Shown here piece after piece: positions 43,296 through 55,398 of a stretch of DNA of 64,000 nt; positions within the stretch are counted from its first letter, which is position 1, and each line of letters starts with the position of its first letter. The stretch is from contig QPMI01000455.1 in NCBI GenBank assembly GCA_004431415.1, positions 1-64,000 on the forward strand, written 5' to 3'. This stretch comes from Cyanophora paradoxa CCMP329 (lineage: Eukaryota > Plantae > Glaucophyta). The notes beneath the pieces are model-generated. The model was not told the origin of the DNA. It saw only the letters and a list, made by a program, of their open reading frames with translations, and searched no databases. The translations under genes were made by a program, and so were the position numbers.

Positions 43296-44168
43296 GATTC
43301 CCCCTATTATATTATATTTATATTTAAGTGGACTCAAGGTTGACTCATATTAATCGTAAAAGTAGTAATAGTATATGGATTTTGTTACGAATTCAATGGG
43401 AGGGTTGACTAAGTGGGTTGAGTTGACTCAAATTTCACAGGAAATAACAATGAATCAGAGTATAAATGCATTTTTTGAATCAACTACACCAACTAACACT
43501 GAGATTTTAACAATATATGAGGTCCTTACTGAATATGGTTTGTGTCACAGGTGTCACAGGTCTATCCCAGCTCAAGCCCTATAAAGAGTGATTTTCCCTT
43601 TCGATGGGATGGACCTGTGACACCTGTGACACCCAATTATTTCAAAAATCCTAAGGGTCCCCCCTTAGACTCATTAAAACATGATAATAACATATCAATT
43701 TCATGTATAATTACGATTGGATTCAATAAGAGATCTATTTGTTTTATTTAACAAATGAATCTTTTATGGATCTTAATCGAGTTAAGCGATATGTTTCCGA
43801 TTAAATGAATTAAATTTAATTAAATTTAATCGAGAAAGTACATGAATATAATATCGATTAAATCAATTAACTTTTAGACCAATCACACATAGTAAAATGC
43901 GGAGTTTTAACCAGAGGCAAGATCTAATTGAGATTCAGTTATATTATTCGGAAATATATACAGATTATCGATAGACTCAGTAAGACTAATCGGAAAATAA
44001 GAGAAATTTACGATAAAATATCGAAAAGAATACAAAATAATCGAAATAAATGAATATTCGATAAGATATACACAGATTATCGATTGATTGAAATAGAATA
44101 TACGAGATATATCAACAAAATCAATTAAGATTAAGCCGAGGGTTAAAACTCCGCATTTTACTATGTGT
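43296..44168 (-). repeat. Right TIR of PLV-B
   Basis: Reverse complement of 16510-17382. Confidence 0.95.
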
Positions 44169-44798
44169 AATCTTGTCGTAACAAATGCAAATTTTAATTC
44201 GAACTATGGTGATTTTGACAGCTATGATGATGCTAACAAGATTAATAACTTTACCTATGAATCCAGAAAAGGGGCCGTCACCTGCAGGTCCGGAGGTGCG
44301 TATATAGGGGATGGCCTGAGAGTAGGCGGAGCCGCTTGTGCTCCTATATTTGTTAATGATCAACCTAACCCTGAAAACACTAATGAAAGAATCAGAACCT
44401 ATGTGCCTTCTATGAATTCGCCTTATATCATCAAAGTCTTCACGCTAAACATAAATGAGCAAACATCGATCGTAGATAATGTTCAGCCACTCGGAAATCA
44501 CTTCAAGAGTGTTGTTGATATTCCCCCGGATATCTATTTCCTTTGTAGGAGAAATGATGCTCTCCGGCCAAATATAGCTGTTTTAATCAATCCTATTGAC
44601 AATTTTGGTGTCGCTTTCCATTCTACTCCAGTGGGGGTTGAAGATTACCAGTTTATTGTGAGGGCAACGCTTATGGGTGCCTACAAAATTATTCTATTTG
44701 CCGAAAGAACAGATGTGATTGCAAATGGTGTCAAGTACGGGGAAACGTTCAATTCGAATCGTTATTTCCCAATCGGCGGGGCCGATCCTAATCCCTGA
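44169..44798 (+). pseudogene. P2 gene of PLV-A, 3' half (starts with the right TSD AATCTT)
   Basis: NLVVTNANF... continues 16300-16509. Confidence 0.92.
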
Positions 44799-44832
44799 GT
44801 TCGTTCTGAATTATTTGCTGAGACCTCTGATA

Positions 44833-45078
44833 ATGGCCTCATGTCTTGCAGGGCTGTTTGAGTTGCTACATCATTTCCATGCGCACTCCCGCTTGCAATC
44901 CCAGTGTTGCACTGCGGATCTTGACCTTTCCTTTGGTGGTGATCATGACAGCAACAGCGCCAACCGTGAAGTTGAACACGAAGCTCTTCAGCACGTAGAA
45001 GATCCAGCACCACCTGGTGTGTACTACCAGAGGCCTCGGACACCGTCAATAACATACCATCTATATCAGGATGCCTAA
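44833..45078 (+). CDS. Small SxCC-motif protein
   Basis: LQSQCCTADLDL. Similar layout to 27457-27729. Confidence 0.5.
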   Translation: MASCLAGLFELLHHFHAHSRLQSQCCTADLDLSFGGDHDSNSANREVEHEALQHVEDPAPPGVYYQRPRTPSITYHLYQDA

Positions 45079-45161
45079 ATGTTTGGGACATCCTTTTGTT
45101 TGCATTTGAAAAAAAGAAACGGGGACAGCCAGCCGTTTCAAACACATAGATACCTTTTTAT

Positions 45162-45725
45162 TTACGCCCTGTTTTCAATTGGGAAATTAAGACGTAGAAA
45201 AGGCCGGTCTGCCTCTGCAGTGTGCTCAAGTAGATACTGATCTCGAGCTCTGGCTGCTTCCTCCGCTGTGGAGAAGCATCCGACATCGATTGTTTTTCTA
45301 TTTTTGCCAATGGTAGCAACCCATCTGCTTTTCGATCTGTTGTAACTCAATCCAAGGAATCCGCTGGTGTTATTCGAATTCTTGTCTCGATGCATTCGGT
45401 GCTGCTGTTTTGTTACGAACTTTAGATTATCTCTGCGACAATCCAGTTTATCCCCGCTGACACAGAGGATGCTATGATCTGCAGGAGCTTTCCCCTTCAC
45501 CAGATCTCTAAATTTCTTATGCCATCTCTCTTCAGGGTGGAATGCTACTGGATAGCCATTCGAGTCTATGTAGAACCTCAGACCAGAGAATTTCTCCTCG
45601 TCATCTTTCGAGATTAGCACTGAGTGCACTGTGTTTGGTGTCTTCACCTGAATTGCAGAGTCCATGTATCTTCCTTTCGATAATATAAGAGATTGTGTTC
45701 TCTTTATGTCATACACACCCCTCAT
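45162..45725 (-). CDS. HNH-AP2 endonuclease paralogue with degenerate HNH motif (start may be 45665)
   Basis: ILCVSGDKLDCRRDNL, NNTSGFLG...VGCFSTAEEAARARD...FLRLNF. Confidence 0.8.
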   Translation of the reverse strand: MRGVYDIKRTQSLILSKGRYMDSAIQVKTPNTVHSVLISKDDEEKFSGLRFYIDSNGYPVAFHPEERWHKKFRDLVKGKAPADHSILCVSGDKLDCRRDNLKFVTKQQHRMHRDKNSNNTSGFLGLSYNRSKSRWVATIGKNRKTIDVGCFSTAEEAARARDQYLLEHTAEADRPFLRLNFPIENRA

Positions 45726-45869
45726 ATTAAACCGGGAATTTCTAGTGCGGCCTCTCAGTGGACACTAGAATGCCTAAGCTCATACCCTAAAGTGAATTCC
45801 CAATCAGCCTCAAAGGCTCTCCCGTTAGCTACCTCCTCGAAGCTAAATCGAAATTTATTTTTCAACCCC

Positions 45870-48800
45870 GAAGGTACCCACGCACACGCCCTCTGTTACG
45901 TCACTGCAGAGGGAAACGTGTAAAACGATTTTGGTACACGCACGGCAAAATCAGATCGATCTAGTGAGGGGAAGACGCTAAATACCCATGGAACCGCGGC
46001 CCGGAGCGAAGCGAAGTGGCCGTAAGCGGGGTCCATGGGTGTACAACAGACGCCCTGACCGCGCCGTCGCACGTCGACGCCGCAATCTCGGCCTTGCAAT
46101 CGGGTCTCGTCCCCTCCTCGACTACCTCCGCGCCGTCGCACGCCGACGCCGCAACCCCGACCCTCCCGACGGCTGCACCCTCGCGCGTCGAAGCTGCAGC
46201 CGCCGTCCCCACCATCCCCGTCGCTGCCTCCCGCGTGCCGTCACACGACGATGCCACCACGGGCACGACCGCGATTACTACGACACAGGCCTCCGCTCCC
46301 GCCTCCTCTACGAGCGTGCCCTCGACCGTCGGGACCTCAGGAACTCTGACACCGTCGCGCGTCGACGCTGCCTCGACTCCTACGGTCCCTGCTGCCTTGA
46401 CCCGCTTCACCCCTCCCGCCGGCGCTCGCTCGGGGCAATCTCAAATTGAAACCAAGCAAGTGTCACTTCATGGTCCGCAAGATCGACCTTCTTGGCCACC
46501 GCGTCAGCGCTCAGGGCGTTCGCATGGACACGAAGAAGGTGGAGGTGATCTCCAAGATTACCGAACGAGAACTGCAGACCGTCGAGCACATGCGCAGCTT
46601 CCTCGGCATGACGGGTTTCTACAGGCGCTTCATCCGCAACTACACGCGACGCGAGCTTCCGCTCCGTGACCTGATTCACGCAGCGAAGCTAGCGGACACG
46701 ACGCAGCTCCAGTGGACGCCAGAAGCCAGCGAAGCACTCGCAGACCTCAAGAAGGTCATGTGCGACGACATCGTGCTCATGCTCCCTGACTTTTCCAAAC
46801 CGTTCATCATCTACACGGATTGGAGCCTGCGAGCAATGGGCGCGGCACTCATGCAAACAGACTCTGACAGTCAAGAACGACCAATCGCCTTCATCAGCCG
46901 AACCCTGACGGCCACGGAGGCGCGGTACAGCTCCCCGACGGAAGGCGAGTGCATTGCAGTCATGTGGGCCGTCAAGACGTGGCGACACTACTTCGACTGC
47001 GGGCACCCGTTTACCATCCGCACGGACCACTCGCCGCTTCAGTGGTTGAAGTCGCAAGAACTCCTGGCGAACAAAGCGCTTTCACGCGCGGCGCTCGTCA
47101 TGCAAGGCTTCAACTACACAATTGAGTACAGACCGGGCTCGACTAACGTTGTTGCCGACTTCGAGTCGCGCATGGCTCGTACGCATCCGATCTATGAGCC
47201 GGGAGCGGCGGACGGATCGGACCTCACCACCGACCTGCCCAATGGGGCTCACGGACACTCGGTACCCCGCAGCGGCGACCCCGACGACCCGACAGAAATC
47301 TACGGCACGCTCGTCCCCGTGACGACCGAGCCTACGACATCTATCGCGGCCGCCGGCCTCGACGGACGCGCATGGGCACCACCAGCACCTGGAACAAAGC
47401 GACGCCGACCGGTGACATTGGCCGAGCCTCGTAGCTCGCCCAACTCGCCACCACAACGCGCCCGCCGCAAGCCAGAGGAGCAGGTGACGGAAGATGCCGA
47501 GGACGTGACTTCCGAGGTGGACCCCGCGGAGTTCTCCGATGCTGACGACGACGACCTCTCGTCTGAGGAACAGCGGAGCTCGCCCTCGCACGCCGAGGCC
47601 GACCCCCCTGGACGGACGGGACCTCACTCTGAGGAACAGCGGAGCTCGCCCGCGCTCGGCAACACCACGCGCGACGGGACTCGCGGCTCGGGAGATCGAG
47701 GGAGAGGGAGGGGTACACTGCGCGGGCGACCTCGTGGACGACCACGGGGGCGACCTCGCCTGCACCACCCCAGAAACCGCCCTTCAGCAACCGAGCCTCG
47801 CAAGCCGGTGCTGCCTGACGCGGATCCGATCGGGAACCTTCTCCCACCTCCCCAACTCCCCGGCGGCCTTCAGCTTGAGATCGAGAACTACTGGCGGCAG
47901 GACGCGCAACGCCATCTTGACGGACGCCAACACGAACTCGCTCGGCCGGAGCCCGACGGCAAGGCTGACCCGCCGCTCTCGCCGAACAGCTCGGTTGGGG
48001 AACCGATGGACGTGACGGACGGGGAACCTCCTCAAGCGACCCTTCCTGCGCCCGCAGCATCACCTGCCTATGCGGGGCAGCAGGGCAACAAGCAGTCTCG
48101 ACGCAGGGCAGAGGATCGCCATCGAGCTGCGAAGCAGGCCCAACACCGTTCGCTCAAACAACAGGCGCAGCAACGACACGAGGAGAACGTGCGCAACAAC
48201 GCAGATCCTGACGGAGCCGAGGCGCGTCCTCGCCTCTCGAAGGAGCAGCGTAAGCAACGCCGTGACACTCGTCGTCAAGAACTCGAGATGCAGGCGCCAC
48301 GCCCCCCGAACCTCATCCTCACTCGTGGTGCGGGGTCTCGCAAGGGTCGGTACGCCATCGCGCCCCCCAGCGTGATGGATGTGCTTGACGAAGCTCTCCT
48401 CCCGACACCGACTCCACCGGAGACGCTGGGCAACGAGCGCGAACTTCCACCCGCGGAGCCGTTCTCGACAGACGGCGTCGCTCCGCTGGATGACCGTACT
48501 GGCGGGCGCAACGCCCCGAAGCCGGTCTATCTGCCGCCAGAGACCACTGTCGCCGACTGCTGGATGCAGGGACCTCAGCCGCTGGTTGAAGTCCCTGTAC
48601 CACCTGCACTACAGCCTCTGACGGTCGACGGAGCCTCTATGGTAGAAGATCAGAAGACAGACCCGCTCTGTCAGATGATCATCGCGTTCAAGCTTCGGAA
48701 GGAGAACCTTGCTCGTTGTTACGGCCACACTCACAGCGCCGACATCCTGAGTCGTGATCCCGACGTCTCAAAGACCTGCTTCGGCTGTGGGCAGGCACGG

Positions 48801-51100
48801 GAACGCTTTGCAAAGGAGGTGGGACGCTACTGTCTCTCTCGTTCTGGCGTGGTTCTCCGCACTCCCCTCTTCCCAACGATGGGCTCGCCGGTGGTAGTAC
48901 CTCAGCGCTGGAGGGCTGCAGTGATGGAAGCGTATCACGATGACTGGGCCCACCGAGGCGCCTCCATCGTCGCCCGTCGCATCGCGACTCGCTTCTGGTG
49001 GCCTGGCATGACGAAGATGGTGCACCGCTACGTTCGTACTTGTCACCACTGCCAGCTGGCGAAGGCCAAGCACCGGCCTCGAGTGCAGCACATGATCATC
49101 GAATCGCGACACCCTGGCGACCTGCGACAAGCTGATCTCTGCCCGATGCCTCACGCCAAGGACGCTCCTCACCGCTTTACGCAAGTGCTGATTGACATCG
49201 ACGCGTACACCAAGTATCCGGAGATCATCATGCTCACGGAAGCTGACGGCACGGCCATGGAATGGGCTGCGCAGAGCATCCAGTCCTCAAACGGCACGCC
49301 CAAACGTTACCTCACGGACAACGGCACGGTTTTCAAGCCGAAGACGCCTTGGGGCAAGTTTTGGACCCAGCAGGGTGTGCGGCTCATCTACACTGGTGTC
49401 TCTCATCAGTCAACCAACGGCGGTGCCGAACGACTTGTCGGGGTGTACAAGCGGCTTGTCTTTGCGCTCTGCGCCGAGGACAAGCACGACAACGTCTACT
49501 GGCCGTACTACCACTATCGTGTGCTCTTCGCGCTGCGCACTACGATCCACGCGGCAACCGGCTTCTCTCCGGCTACGCTTCACCATGGACGCGAGCTGGT
49601 ACTGCCCGGGGACCTCCGCCTGGATCTTGTTCAGCGTGAACCCTTTGGCGAACCTTACACGTACGCGGAGTATGCGCTGGCTGTCGCACGGGCGGCTTCC
49701 AGCGTCGCCGAGGCGGTCAAGGCTCACCGGAAGATGTACAATCACAAACTCCTCCGCTACGGCACCGGCAACGAACCTCGCCAGATTTTTGTGCCGGGCG
49801 ACAAGGTGCTCTGCTGGAGCGAGAGCGCGAAGGCGACCAACGTCATGAAGCATGGTACTCGTAACGGCTGGACTGGCCCGTACGTGGTCGTGGAGGTCTT
49901 CTCTCACGGCTACCTCTACACCGTACGCGGCAACCCGTCATCCCGCATGCATCGTTCGACGGACGTTGTGGTGCACGTCGACAACATCATTCCGTACTAT
50001 GACCGCCCCGATAACTTCGCCGAGGATCCGAAGCCTGGTCGGCCTCGACGGCGTGTCCCTGAACCTGCTCCTCCGCCTCCGGTGCATCTGGACGCGGATG
50101 GTGACCAGCCTATGGAGGACCCGCTGATCTTGCACGACGATGAGCCTCGCCCTGAGGGCAGTCTGGCTGGAGAGGACATGTGTACAGCGACGACGACTCC
50201 GCGGAGTCTGAGCAGGAAGAGAGCGTACAGCTCCATGTTGTAAGCTGGCCGAAGCACGACTTCGCCTAGCTAGGATGCTGGGGCTGGTGGCGTTCGCCTC
50301 CATGATGGACGCGGAGCTTGAGTTCCTGATCTTCCCTTGAGTCACTTTGGTGGTTGATGTGATGACTGTGAGGGTACTGCACCCGGCAGTGGACCCTGAG
50401 AGCTGCTGCGCCGGCGGCAGGCTCTGTTCAGTGGTTGGCCGCTGCTCATCGCAGCGGAGGGCCATTGCATCTGGCAGTGGGCCCTATAGTGGTGGTTGGC
50501 TGGCCGTCGCTCCAGCGACGGAGGGTCCTCATCGGACCTACCCCCAGTTTTCCCGTTGCTCAGCAGGAGCAGCGGGCTGGGAACCTTTTCTTATAGCTGT
50601 TCCGTTCAGTGCGTCCGACCCGCGTTGGTCGCACGCCTCCTGAATTGCTCCCCTTCCTTGGGCGCTGATTGGGTTGCGCAGTTGAAGCCGCGGGCTGATC
50701 ACCCGTCCGGCTCTGGATCCTGCCACTCCCTGCTATCACCCTCTTCGCCTCTTGGCCGGCCCCTTCCGGCTGCTACCTGGCCTCCCTCGGGCGACACGAG
50801 GACGTGCCGACGAGGGACACGCGGAGCTATTGCCTCACGGCTTTATGCCGTCAGGAGCCGGCCCTCCGAGTCTCGCTACTCGCAGCGCTTGGCCTTAGTC
50901 TCCGCGGTGCTCGCGTTGAGTGCGCCGATTGGACCCCTGCTACTTTTCATGTACCCCGCCTGGGCCCACACCCCGGGTGGCACACTTGTACCCTGTGCTT
51001 GTGCTTGCTCCTGGAATACCACCTCAGCTCGCTCTTGCCGCCGACCTGTTAGAACTGCGCAGCACGCATGGCCACGCCTAGCAGCACCGTAAACTAGGCT
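45870..51100 (+). mobile_element. Ty3/Gypsy LTR retrotransposon, internally deleted, ends uncertain
   Basis: GC-rich block with RT C-terminus, RNase H and integrase in Gypsy order. Confidence 0.8.
46422..50243 (+). pseudogene. Gypsy pol remnant: RT thumb, RNase H, long insert, integrase
   Basis: LKPSKC, RSFLGMTGFYRRFI, YTDWS, TDHSPL, HHCC zinc finger, ADL/TDNG/NGGAER, WTGPY. Protease and the RT YxDD motif are absent. Confidence 0.9.
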
Positions 51101-51346
51101 CATCTGAGTTAACGTTACTGTTCAAGCTTATAAGATGGCGCCAGTCCCCTGTTCGCGCCTCCTTCGTCCTTGCGCTTCCCGTCCCCTAGCCTATAGCTAT
51201 AGCTAGCCACAGCTCACTGCATGATTATATTTACAATCTACGCGCGTTAGCTAATAAGATGGCTTCTACATCTAAGCTGGCGCTAGTGAGGCCCGGGAGG
51301 GAGGCGCCCCCGCGGGCGCCTCCAGCTCTCCCGTTTCGTCCTAATT

Positions 51347-52351
51347 GTGTGTCTCCTTGCGCTCCTCGTTTGCCCGGTCGCAAATGGCGCCCGGGGTGCG
51401 AAAAGAGCCAAAACCGCGACTCCCTCTCCCAATCCGCCCGATCCGACTGTGGCGCCCTCTGCTGGCCCCAGTAGCCCACCCCCTGTTCCTCCAACGCCCA
51501 CCCCTGAGGCGCCGGCCCCGGAGCCCGGCCCGCCAGTTATCACTCCTTCAGGCTCGAATATTTGCATCGGAACGCATGGCCCAACAGTGCCAACCCCATC
51601 CCAGCAGATTGCAGACCAAACCGTAGAGGCGTTCAATCAGCGTTTCGCAGCCATTGAACATTACCTCGGCGAAGTGATTGCAGCTCGTACCATAGGTACT
51701 GCCACCGCCAATCCAGCCCCGATTCCAACTCCGCCCATTTCGTCGGTCCCACTTGTCGATTTGACATCGAACAATGGCGGTGAAGGATCATCTTCGGGCA
51801 ACACTGCGCGTGAGCGTGCTGCACGTACACGTGAGCCCCTTACTGAGCGCGAACGCCAACGTCTCCACTATAATATTACCCGTTGGAATAACCCTCTAAA
51901 CAAAGAATTTGCTTTGGACACTCTCGATAATATAGCGTTAGCCGAGGCTCGTGATTATTCTGCTCTTTATATCGCACTTAGAGACCAACTCAAAAAGATC
52001 CAACGCATCAATCAGCTAGGCCTTGATCGTGCTCTTAGACTGCAAAATGTAAACCAGGCTACTGATGATTTTCAGGAGCGCCAACTTTTGTTAACTGAAC
52101 AAATGTATCAGCAGCAGTTGCAGCAGTTTACGCAGAATACTGTCACAGGCATGCCGTATGGTCGCTCACAGAATTTCGCTGCTCGCCCTCCCGGCCCTCG
52201 TCTGGCGGCCTCTGGCCCTACTCGCCCACGGGCTTGCTATCATTGTCATGATCCATCCCATATGCGTAATGTCTGTCCTGCTTTCCGTGCAGCTTGCCAG
52301 AACTGCCCTCCTGGCACTCGCCCGACTCCTCTGCCGACTCCAAACTCGTAA
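51347..52351 (+). CDS. DIRS gag-like protein
   Basis: CYHCHDPSHMRNVC zinc knuckle and Pro-rich N-terminus. Confidence 0.75.
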   Translation: MCLLALLVCPVANGARGAKRAKTATPSPNPPDPTVAPSAGPSSPPPVPPTPTPEAPAPEPGPPVITPSGSNICIGTHGPTVPTPSQQIADQTVEAFNQRFAAIEHYLGEVIAARTIGTATANPAPIPTPPISSVPLVDLTSNNGGEGSSSGNTARERAARTREPLTERERQRLHYNITRWNNPLNKEFALDTLDNIALAEARDYSALYIALRDQLKKIQRINQLGLDRALRLQNVNQATDDFQERQLLLTEQMYQQQLQQFTQNTVTGMPYGRSQNFAARPPGPRLAASGPTRPRACYHCHDPSHMRNVCPAFRAACQNCPPGTRPTPLPTPNS

Positions 52352-53391
52352 ATTTATTTCTTTTCACATCGATCCATCAGAATATCGATATTCATGAGTT
52401 TTTCGCTACTTATGTACGAGCAGTGTTTTGACGCATGAGGGCATATCTTGATAGCAGAACCTGTGAACGTACTTGTGTTTTCTTGTGAGTAATTGATGAT
52501 GGATTCGAAAATCGCTGCAATTTCTTGATGCCCCAAAATCGCCACTGGCGTGCATATGCATGGATGCAATTCGCGAAATCGCCTTTTTATGGCGTACATA
52601 TTTATTCATGTCGCAGCTCTGCCCTTTGTGGCATCTGCATGTCTTGTTTTTTGCTTTGAAAATCGCCTATGGCGTGCACTTACATCGACATTTATTGCTT
52701 GCAAATTGTCAGGACAGCTCTGCCCTCGCGTGGCATCTGTTGCTGTATTTCTTTTCAGTGCGCACGGCACTAGTGCATACTCCCTCGCCGGAGATGGAGA
52801 TTCGGTCGCCATTTTTCTTTCCCTTGCGCAGTTCAAGCATCTGGAGTTCAGGCACGCCTCCCCCATAAATCGCTCGTGCACTGACTGGCGACCGAACGCA
52901 TCGATGGCATTATACATACGCATTTCACATATATGTGTGCTTCTGTGTGCCGTTAGAGGCCTTGCACTCGTCTGCAGGCTCTCGGCCTTCGCTCTTTTGC
53001 TCTTCATGGCAATTGTACAAGTAGTACCTCAATTGCAATATACGAAATGAGCGCTGTCCGAATAGTTGTTATACGAGGAACGTAGTATAACGTACTTCGG
53101 ACAGCGTGAATAATGTATATTGTTACATAAATTTCACACTCTTTGTTGCTTCGCAACAAGTACTTCTTGGGTACTTGTTGCACCTGCAACAAGTCCTACG
53201 AGCTTCCTAAGAGCTGCAGCAGTGAGCTATCGCTGCAGCTGCTGCAGCTTCTCTTCAGAGTTGCTTGATAGCAGCTTCGCTTCTTGCTCCCACCCAACCC
53301 TCCTATATATATGGATGCTGTTCTGCTGTCTATATAATTCCCTCCCCTTGCGTGCGGCCTCGAGCCTGTATTCTCGTGCATTATTAATTGC

Positions 53392-55317
53392 GTGCTGTTG
53401 TTTTTTCTGTCAGGTTTTACTGCTCGCTGTCTCGGAAGTGCGGATGCCTTGGCGGCATGGCGTGCAATCGGAACAAGTGATTACATCCTTTCATGGCTTC
53501 AGAACGGCTACCCTCTTGCTGGCGTTGAGCATCTGCCTCCTAGTGTACATTACAATGCTGGTCAATCTCAGCGCCCTCGTGAGAGTACTTTCATTCGGGC
53601 AGAAATTCAGAAGCTGCTCGGTACCGGCGCTATTCGGGTGGCCCCCAAGCCCCCGAAAATTGTTTGCTCGCTATTTACGGTTCCAAAGAAGACTGGTGAT
53701 AAGCTCAGACTGATTTGGGATGGCCGCCCAACAAATCGAGGTCTTCCTCCTGTCCCTTTTCGCTATAAAAATATGCGCGAGGTCATCGCCTTGCTGCGAC
53801 CTGGCTGGTTTATGTTTACTATCGACCTCGAGTCGGGATATCATCATGTACCGGTAGACCCGCAATATTTCTCGTACCTGGGCTTCCAGTACGATAGTAC
53901 TTTCTTCGAATACACCGTTTTACCCTTCGGGCTCTCACATGCCCCATATGCATTCACCAAGATCATACGTCAGGTCATTAAATTTCTCCGCGCACACGGT
54001 ATTACCGTGGTATCGTATGTCGATGATTTCTGGTTTGCGGCTCCCACGTACCAGGCCGCTGTTAATCTTCGCAATTTCATTCTCGATCTTTTTCGCCACC
54101 TGCACTTATTCATTAATGAGAAATCGGCCCTTGAGCCTGCACAGCGTGTCGAATTTTTAGGGTTTATTGTAGATTCCACATCGATGATGTTTGAGGTCCC
54201 TCTGCAGAAGCTTAGTAAGCTTCAGGACCGGCTAAAGGACGCAGCTAAGCGCATCCAGTCGTGCCAGGCTAGAGGCGTGCAATTTCAGATGTCAGCTCGT
54301 ACACTCACTTCGATTGTCGGTGTGCTTATGTCAATGGCCTTAGCTATTGCACCCGCTCGCATTCATACTCGATCCATTTATCGCAACATTGATATTACCC
54401 AGCGACAATTTCGGTGGAATGCCCCGGCGGTGGTATCGCCGGAGGCCCAGGAGGAGCTTCTGTGGTGGCATGCAAATCTCGCCCGCTATAATGGGCGGTG
54501 TGCCATCCGGCCAGAGCGAATTTTCGTTGTTACGACGGATGCCAGCAAGATCGGTCTTGGTGGTTTTGTCACCACCGAGGTTGGCGATCTCTCATTCCAA
54601 CAACAGTGGACTCCTGCAGAGTCGGCCCAGACGCCTGCATGGCGTGAGATGACCGCCATTATTCGTGCTCTGCATCATTTCAGTCCTTACCTGCAGCACG
54701 TTAATTTACTAGTTCGCTCAGATAACACAAATGCAGTGCAGTACATTCTTAATGGTGGCGGTCGTAGCCCCGAGCTTACATTAATCGCCAAGGAAATTTG
54801 GAATTTCGCCTTGCAAAATTGTGCCTTCATGGATGCTGAGTGGATACCTGGAGAAACCAATAATTTCGCCGATTATCTTAGTCGCTGGTTTGCCCCTGCT
54901 GACTATCAGCTTTCCGATGCTGTTTTCCGTCGCATTGTTAACAGATATGGCTTGCCTGATGTCGATCGAATGGCATTAGCTTCCTCTGCACGTGTCCCTC
55001 GCTATAATAGCATTGATCCTTTTGACCGCCTTGCAGAGGCAGTAGACTGCTTCACTGTTGATTGGTCTCGTGATTTTAATTATGTTTTCCCCGACCCTGC
55101 AGTCCTACTGCGGGTGGTTCGTCATGCTCAAGCTTGTCGAGCTCGGATGATTGTTGTAGTACCCGAATGGCCCTCGCAGCCATGGTGGCCTATCTTGCAG
55201 GCTGCAGCTGTGGAGCCCCCTCTGCATCTTGGTCGGGGCCACACAGTATGCCTTTTCGGTCCAACTCGTGCTGCTCTTCCTGAGTGGCTGCTCCTCGCTT
55301 TTCTAGTTCAGTTTTAG
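53392..55317 (+). CDS. DIRS reverse transcriptase, RNase H and methyltransferase-like domain
   Basis: KLRLIWD, IDLESGYHH, LPFGL, YVDD, TDAS, SDN, ADYLSR, YVFPDP...VVPEWPSQPWW. Confidence 0.93.
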   Translation: MLLFFLSGFTARCLGSADALAAWRAIGTSDYILSWLQNGYPLAGVEHLPPSVHYNAGQSQRPRESTFIRAEIQKLLGTGAIRVAPKPPKIVCSLFTVPKKTGDKLRLIWDGRPTNRGLPPVPFRYKNMREVIALLRPGWFMFTIDLESGYHHVPVDPQYFSYLGFQYDSTFFEYTVLPFGLSHAPYAFTKIIRQVIKFLRAHGITVVSYVDDFWFAAPTYQAAVNLRNFILDLFRHLHLFINEKSALEPAQRVEFLGFIVDSTSMMFEVPLQKLSKLQDRLKDAAKRIQSCQARGVQFQMSARTLTSIVGVLMSMALAIAPARIHTRSIYRNIDITQRQFRWNAPAVVSPEAQEELLWWHANLARYNGRCAIRPERIFVVTTDASKIGLGGFVTTEVGDLSFQQQWTPAESAQTPAWREMTAIIRALHHFSPYLQHVNLLVRSDNTNAVQYILNGGGRSPELTLIAKEIWNFALQNCAFMDAEWIPGETNNFADYLSRWFAPADYQLSDAVFRRIVNRYGLPDVDRMALASSARVPRYNSIDPFDRLAEAVDCFTVDWSRDFNYVFPDPAVLLRVVRHAQACRARMIVVVPEWPSQPWWPILQAAAVEPPLHLGRGHTVCLFGPTRAALPEWLLLAFLVQF

Positions 55318-55398
55318 CTGTACCCAATTGCAAACTAGTGTCAAATAATTATAAATGCAATCGAGCGCACACCCTCATGCTTCTAACCATACCCTGCA

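Larger units (their letters stand above)
16510..44168. mobile_element. Polinton-like virus B, complete 27.7-kb provirus
   Basis: 873-bp TIRs, 6-bp TSD, integrase, pPolB, primase-helicase and a full capsid module. Confidence 0.95.
44169..45860. mobile_element. PLV-A right segment, end not defined
   Basis: Continues the split gene. Composition changes at ~45865. Confidence 0.7.

Noticed and set aside
45726-45870. Right TIR of PLV-A
   Set aside because: Only short local hairpins are present. There is no partner sequence in the window and no ACACATAG-like end.
45894-45950. Gypsy 5' LTR and primer-binding site (TGGTACACGCACGG); polypurine tract and 3' LTR start near 50170-50185
   Set aside because: No matching LTR pair was found in the window and the tRNA match could not be verified.
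46689-51100. Numerous overlapping or antisense ORFs in the GC-rich retroelement region, and short antisense ORFs across the PLV genes
   Set aside because: Shadow ORFs expected from composition and codon bias, with no recognisable motifs.
53392-55317. RT as part of a diversity-generating retroelement acting on the fibre genes
   Set aside because: The RT is DIRS-type with RNase H. No template/variable repeat pair with adenine-specific differences was seen.
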